Source: the human T2T-CHM13v2.0 reference genome, Homo sapiens. From it: a DNA stretch of 64,000 nucleotides. Below are positions 57,911 to 64,000 of this stretch, piece after piece. The notes under the pieces were generated by a model. The model had not been told where the DNA came from. It searched no databases and was given only the letters and a program-made list of their open reading frames with translations. Every line of letters starts with the position of its first letter. Position 1 is the stretch's first letter. The DNA lies in the NCBI GenBank assembly GCA_009914755.4, contig CP086569.2:3136001-3200000 (forward strand). Reading direction: 5' to 3'. Both the position numbers and the translations under genes were made by a program.

Positions 57911-60300
57911 AGTTCTTACCTTCACTACTTTCTGGAAGAGTTTGTGAAGATTGGTATTATATACTTTAAAAATGTTTAATAAAAGTTGGTGATAAAGCCA
58001 TCTGGGCTTGAAATTTATTTGTGGGTATTTTTAAAATTATTACTAATTCAATCTTTCCACTTGTTTTAAGTCTATTTTTATTGCTTATTACTTTCTGCAC
58101 TAGTTTCAGTAGTTGGCGTCTTTTTAAAAATTTGCTAATTTCATCTAAGTTATCTAATTTTCTGGAATACAATTGTTTGTAGTGTCTTTGTAATCATTTT
58201 TGTTTCAGTGAGGATGGCAGTAATATCACCTCTTTCAATTCAGACTGTAGTAACTTGAGTCTTCTCTCTTATTTATTTTGGTAAATCTAGCTAAAGATTT
58301 CTCAAATTTGTTGATTATTCCAGAGAATCACTTTTAGGTTTTATTAATTTTCTCTGTTTTATCTAGCCTCAATTTCATTAAAGTTATGCTAATCTTTATT
58401 ATTTTTTCCTCCTCCTTGCCTTAGTTTTAGTTTGCTCTCCATCCAGTGTCTTTAGGTGGAAGGTTGGTTAATTTGTTTGAGACATTTCTTTTTCTTAATA
58501 TAGTGACTGATAAAATTCCCAGTAAGCACTGCTTTCACTTAGTCTCATAAGTTTTATGATATTACATTTTGATTTTCATTCATCTCAAAGTATTGTCTGA
58601 TTTCCTTTTTTTTCTTCTTTGACATAATCATTACTTAAGAGTGAGTACTCTGATTTCCATATATATATGTTTTCCAATTTTTTTCTGTTATTAATTACTA
58701 ATTTTATTCCATTCTGGTGGAAAAACATGCTTTATATTATTTCTGTTTAAATTATTGAAGCTTGGTTTTGGCCTAGCATATTATCTATGCTGGAGAATAT
58801 TCCATGTATACATTGAGAAGAATGTATACTCTGTTCTTAAGTGAAGCACTCTATAGATACCTGTTGAGTTTACTAAGCTTATAGTCTTATATTTCATTGA
58901 TGATATTCTGCCTTGTTGTTCCATCTACTGTTGAAGGCGAAGCATTAAAAACTCTGTTATTGTTGAATGATCAATCTCTCTCTTATTCTCTGGCAGTTTT
59001 TGTTTTATGCATTTTAGCGCTCTGTTTTTAGATGCATTTCCATTTATAATTATTTTTCTGATAGATTTATACATGTTGGTTATTATTAAATACCCCACTG
59101 TATTTCTAGTAAAATTTCTTAGTCTATTTTGTCTGATAGCAGAATAGACACTCCAGCTTCTTCTTGCTTTTTTGTAATACATATTTTCCATCATTTTACT
59201 TTTATTCTCTTGTAGTTTTTAATCTAAATTATGTCTCTTATAAGCAGCACATTGTGTAATCAGGTATTTTTATACAGTCTATCTCTGCCTTTTGATTGGA
59301 TTAATCTATTTACATTTAATGGTACTATTAATAATTGGATTGCATCTGCCATTTAATTTCTGCTTTCTCTGTCATCTGTATTTTTGTTATTTTTGCATTA
59401 AGGGAATATTTGCTAATTCAGAAATGAATAGGCAATTTAATAGCAATAGATGGGAATGTCAACACTCCACATTCAATAAGAGATGGAGCAACTAGGTTCA
59501 CGATCAGCCTACAGATATAGAAGACTTAAGTAACACTATCAAAAACTGTGGCTTACTTCCTTTCTATATGGTACTCCACATAAAATAATAGAATACACAT
59601 TTAGTTTCAAGATTACACACATGTGACCATACATCACAATTAAAACAGACTCGGACTTTATATTCCACTGGGTAAATTTGATTTCTGTATGTGTTTAATA
59701 CATTTGTGCTATATTTTTGAGTTATTTTTATTGATTTGTCAAGGGTTTATTATACAGAACTTATCAGAATCAACTTTAGATTTAGGGTACCTTAATTACA
59801 CTGAAATATAAAAATATTACTTCTATATTGCTCTGTCTCTTCTTCCTTATTTGTGTGTTACTATTTTTCTACCTATTATACAAATATAGTCACAAACTTT
59901 AAAATTATTACTTCATGTAAGTCTTTTTAAAAATGAGACGAGAAATTATAGTAAATATATATTATAAAGTTTGTTATATTACCCTTATTAACCATTTATG
60001 GTCCTTTTCATTTACTCCTATGTACTTGAGTTACCATCTTTTGTCATTTCCCTACTGTAATACAGATTTTCTTTAATCCACCTTCTTTGTGTTATGTTAG
60101 TGTTAGATATATTGCATTTCTATATGTTATAACCCAACTACTTTTTTTCTGTTGGAATGCCCTAAAGGTATCAGTTAGTTTTTGATGGTGTTGATATTTG
60201 TTTGTCAATAACATTGTTAAAGACTTCTATAATGCTACTAATTTTCTACCTAGTTGCCTTATCTGTTATTTGGTGTGCAGTATTACAGTTCTTAGCTACT
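57911..60300 (-). mobile_element. LINE-1 (old L1M-like) ORF2 5' half (EN/RT N-terminal region), and probably the inter-ORF/ORF1 region, on the minus strand. The AluY abuts its right-hand (3') side on the plus strand. The right boundary is solid and the left is uncertain.
   Basis: The region 57911-59340 reads as the reverse complement of L1 ORF2. Marker blocks are 'ccagaaaattagataacttagatgaaattagcaaattttt' (from L1 '...aaactagaaaatctagaagaaatggataaattcctgg'), 'ctgagaagaatgtatactctgttc', 'ccatttacatttaatggtactattaataattgg' (the rc of the ORF2 start) and 'cttgttgttccatctactgttgaagg'. The region 59340-60300 has weaker similarity. Confidence 0.65.
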
Positions 60301-62085
60301 ATTATTGAATTGCCTATTTATTTATGTATGTATATATAAAAAAATAAACCCTTCTCCTGCAACTTAAACAGCGTAGGTATCAACTTGTTTGTTCACCATT
60401 AAGTTTATTATAAGTAGAGTACTATACAAAATTATACTAGCACTATGAGTGTAAGTATGTCTGGCCATTGATCAGATTCATAATATGTGAAATTTTCACA
60501 ATAGGCAAAATAAATACTTGTCTGAAATAAAACATTTTTAAAAGCCAAAATAAATGGTCCTGGAAAAACTAATTTTTTAAAAATATATACTTTGTTTTCT
60601 ATTTGGATAAATGTACATGCCAGTATATTCCACGACTTGTGTTATTGATGATAAAGAAATGATGGCTGACAACGAATTAGCAAAAGTTTTTTCAAGAATC
60701 ATTCTTAGCAAAACTGAGGCATCTTCAAAAGATATTTAAATAGCTCAGACTTTTAATTACAAGGGATTTTTTGAATATATATTCCACTGTGCTATACTTT
60801 TCTGAGCTAATTTTTGAAAGCTATAGCATTAGTTATATGACACAAGCTATTAGCAAGGCATATTTTGCTAAAATCATATTTATGTTAAACTTTTATGTTT
60901 ATATCGACATGCTCACTGAGTGCCATTATCATGGTATCATGTGAATCACTTCCACACAAGCTCATCACATAGAACAATTAAAACTTAGCCAATCTGCAGT
61001 GTCAGCATAATGTCAGTTTAGCATTTTTCAGTGGTTTGGGTTTTTTAAGCCTGTTCAGCACATGTGTCTAATTAAGTGTATTCTGAGTTCTACAGGAATG
61101 ATATTTTCATAAAAATAAAAATTAATATTATAACTATAGTAAAACATTGCAGAATGCTACTTTTTCTACTGATATACTTTTACACTATTTGGTGAAAAAA
61201 TATTCAATATCAAGTAAACTATAAAAAGTACATAGTCACTACAGCTCAAATACACAGTAAAACATAGAATGAGTCAATCAAAAACATAACAGGTTTAGGT
61301 TACCATTAACATTTTGAACATCTACTAAGTTAGGCACAAGAGAAAATGGATAATTAGTCACTGTTCTGTAGAGAAAATTCTCCTTTCGTGTTTATACAAT
61401 AATTAGTATTAACTCATCACATGAAGCACAAAATAAGCTTCAATTATCCCATTCCTAATTCTAGATTTATATGAAGCAAAACAGAAATTAATTTTTTGGG
61501 CCACAAAAGCCTCTGGGTGTCACGATATGCCTATGGTGATAGTGTGATGAGTTTATGCTAACTGTTCATTACCAGAGTAACAAGGAAGAATTTGTCTCTA
61601 TGATCTGTCTTAGAAGAAGTTCTATATTAGTAAATATGTTTTCCCATTATTTACGAGATGATAGATAAGGGGCATTTATAATGTCTCTAGATGTCTTTAA
61701 CAACGATTAGTTAAAAGAAAGGTAAAGTGCATAAAATGTGCTTTTGTCTCAAGACCAGAATTTTAAGATGCTCATGCAAAACCTGAAGAAAGGCATTAAA
61801 TCTAGGAAAGTCCTGAATTTGAGCTTCACATAGGTTATTACTATCAAATGATTCCACACTTGAAAATTGACTTTGCTTGCTTTTATAAACATTACACACT
61901 GAAAAATGGAATATTTTAAATCTGTACTTTCTGGTATCTCTAGGAAGCATTTATAAATCAACTATAGGAAATAATTGTCCAATAAAGATCATAAGAAATT
62001 ATTATAATATTGGGTCACAATTTTTCAAACTTGACATAATCAGTAACTATAGTCAAAGGTTATCTGCACAAAAAAATGAATGCAG

Positions 62086-62414
<329 letters not shown>

Positions 62415-62859
62415 TTAATAATTAGTTTTTGATAATACAGATACACATATTCAGGACAACAACCTCAAAATAATTTTGCTTTTTTTTTATGTTGTTGTTC
62501 CTCTCTCATAGAAGAGCAACTACATATCTATATGTATGCATTACAGCTTACATGCTTCCTGTACTCAACTCAGCACTGTGCTGAAAGCAGCTTATACTGG
62601 CTAGCAAGCATAGAATGTTAATTTATAGACTTTTTTAAAGCTAGTTGTTAAATACATCCATTATTATAAATCAAATTGTATAAAATTAAAATTTAATTAA
62701 ATTAAAAACAAAGTTTAACAGATGAGCGACAATTCCAGAAGGGTAGCATAAAAAGCTCTATAGACCCTTTCCCCAGTGAAACAAACATAATTTGCGAAAA
62801 TTATTTAAAATCAGCAATTTCAATCTGTAGAAACTGTCCAAAGAGCATACAGAAAATTT

Positions 62860-62980
62860 TATATATACACATATGTGTATATATTCACACATATACATAT
62901 ATATTTATGTATATAAATACATAAGGAAGCACTTAAGTATATATACACACATATACATTTATATATTTAGCATATATTTA
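62860..62980. repeat. (TA)n/(CA)n-rich low-complexity tract
   Basis: 'atatatacacatatgtgtatatattcacacatatacatatatatttatgtatataaatacat...gtatatatacacacatatacatttatatatttagcatatat'. Confidence 0.85.
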
Positions 62981-63639
62981 AGAAAATATACTAAATATTG
63001 GAAAGAGTCATGATAGTCTGAGATATTTGGACCATAACACATTCCTTCATCATATTGCCATGTCCTTTTCAGTGTGTTGAAATTCTACTGTGAGGTAGGG
63101 GAAGGGGTCCAACCAACAACACATGGCTACTTCTCTCCTTCCCTTCCAGTCTAAGGCCACAACATCTTTCTAAGAGGAGAATGATGCTAAAAATTTTCAT
63201 TCCTCTTCAGGTCCATCTGGCTAAGAGATCAGAGGTTTTGTTCCTGTACCCAGCCCCCATTCATATGGCCGGAGCTTTATCTATCCCAGTTTCAACAAGA
63301 TGAGCTTTCTTAGAGGGCATAGGTTCCATGCCAAGAGAGATAAGCTGAAAAGACCAGAATCTACCCAAACTGCCCATTGGCCTGCTTATACAGCCAGAGT
63401 ACCACTTTGAGAGGAGGATTGGCAAAAATATTTTGCCCAGGAGAAGAGGCAGTCCATAAGACAGAGTTGTGTATTTTTTTCCCAAGGGCACTGACTTTAC
63501 CTGGAACAGAGCTGGGAAGCTTAAATCTAAAATAGCAATAGAAAACAATGGAGATTTTTGGTAGTAATCAATTAAGAGGAGGCTAGTAGTTCTAAGAACG
63601 CAACAAGCTAAGTTGTACACCAGCTAGAAGTTTACCCAG

Positions 63640-64000
63640 GTGAAATGAGGAAAAGAGAGACTTTAAAAGAAGTTATTCTAAATATAAGATTATATTGTCT
63701 GCAAACAAGATTTTTTACTTCTTCCTGGCCAATTTGGATGCTTTTTATTTCTTTCTCTTGTCTAATTGCTCTGTCCAGGACTTACCGTAGTATGTTGAAT
63801 AAAAGTGGTAAAAGTGGGCATCTTTGTGTTGTTCCAAATCATAGAGAAAAGGTGTTCAATTTTTCCCCATTCAATATGATGCTAGCTGTGGGTGTGTCAT
63901 ATATATGTCCTTTATTAGGCTGAGGTAAGTTCTTCCCATACACAGTTTTTAGAGAGTTTTTATTATGAAGTGATGTTGAGTTTTCTCAAATGATTTTCTG
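63640..64000 (-). mobile_element. LINE-1 (old L1M-like) ORF2 fragment, minus strand, continuing beyond the window end
   Basis: 'ttatattgtctgcaaacaagattttttacttcttcctggccaatttggatgctttttatttctttctcttgtctaattgctctgtccaggacttaccgtagtatgttgaataaaagtggtaaaagtgggcatctttgtgttgttccaaatcatag...ttcaatatgatgctagctgtgggtgtgtcatatatatg' is the reverse complement of L1 '...catgtcatctgcaaacagggacaatttgacttcctcttttcctaattgaatacc...ctatgttgaataggagtggtgagagagggcatccctgtcttgtgccagttttcaaagggaatgcttcc...ttcagtatgatattggctgtgggtttgtcatagatagc'. Confidence 0.85.

Overview
This window reads as primate, most likely human, nuclear DNA rather than a prokaryotic or viral locus. Going by eye, it is AT-rich with no CpG-island-like stretch. 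It carries many Alu SINEs (AluJ-, AluS- and AluY-like, several with readable target-site duplications) and LINE-1 fragments that align to L1 ORF1, ORF2 and 3'UTR, while at least half of the bases are transposon fossils. The other recognisable elements are MIR, a MaLR (MLT1-like) LTR, a MER5-like hAT fossil, an ancient two-LTR endogenous retrovirus remnant and a separate solo LTR with a tRNA-His-like primer-binding site. I could not support any host protein-coding exon, RNA gene, CRISPR array or defence/operon-like system. Every long ORF in the six-frame track lies inside an Alu (antisense Alu peptides such as 'SLLPRLECSG...') or an L1 fragment, and two lie in LTR/ERV remnants (12573..13025 and 63261..63620). 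The only exception is an orphan 150-aa ORF at 37344-37796 with no support. The points worth a second look are structural:
- two L1 copies with the inverted/direct arrangement expected of twin priming, one with a clean junction at 6606/6607 and one apparent junction at 43440/43441;
- a nested L1-in-L1 insertion with a 14-bp target-site duplication;
- an 11.5-kb L1 pile-up holding a rearranged, near full-length older L1 (long 5'UTR);
- a paralogous 3'-truncated L1 5'UTR/ORF1 fragment about 30 kb downstream in the same orientation, a possible recombination substrate;
- an ERV remnant with about 80% LTR-LTR identity, a polypurine tract, and a gammaretrovirus-like Env cytoplasmic-tail remnant;
- a solo LTR followed by a tandemly duplicated His-PBS;
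- an AT-rich quasi-palindrome;
- several perfect or near-perfect minisatellite duplications;
- a CpG-retaining, 5'-truncated AluY.
All coordinates are read by eye from the printed sequence and may be off by a few bases.
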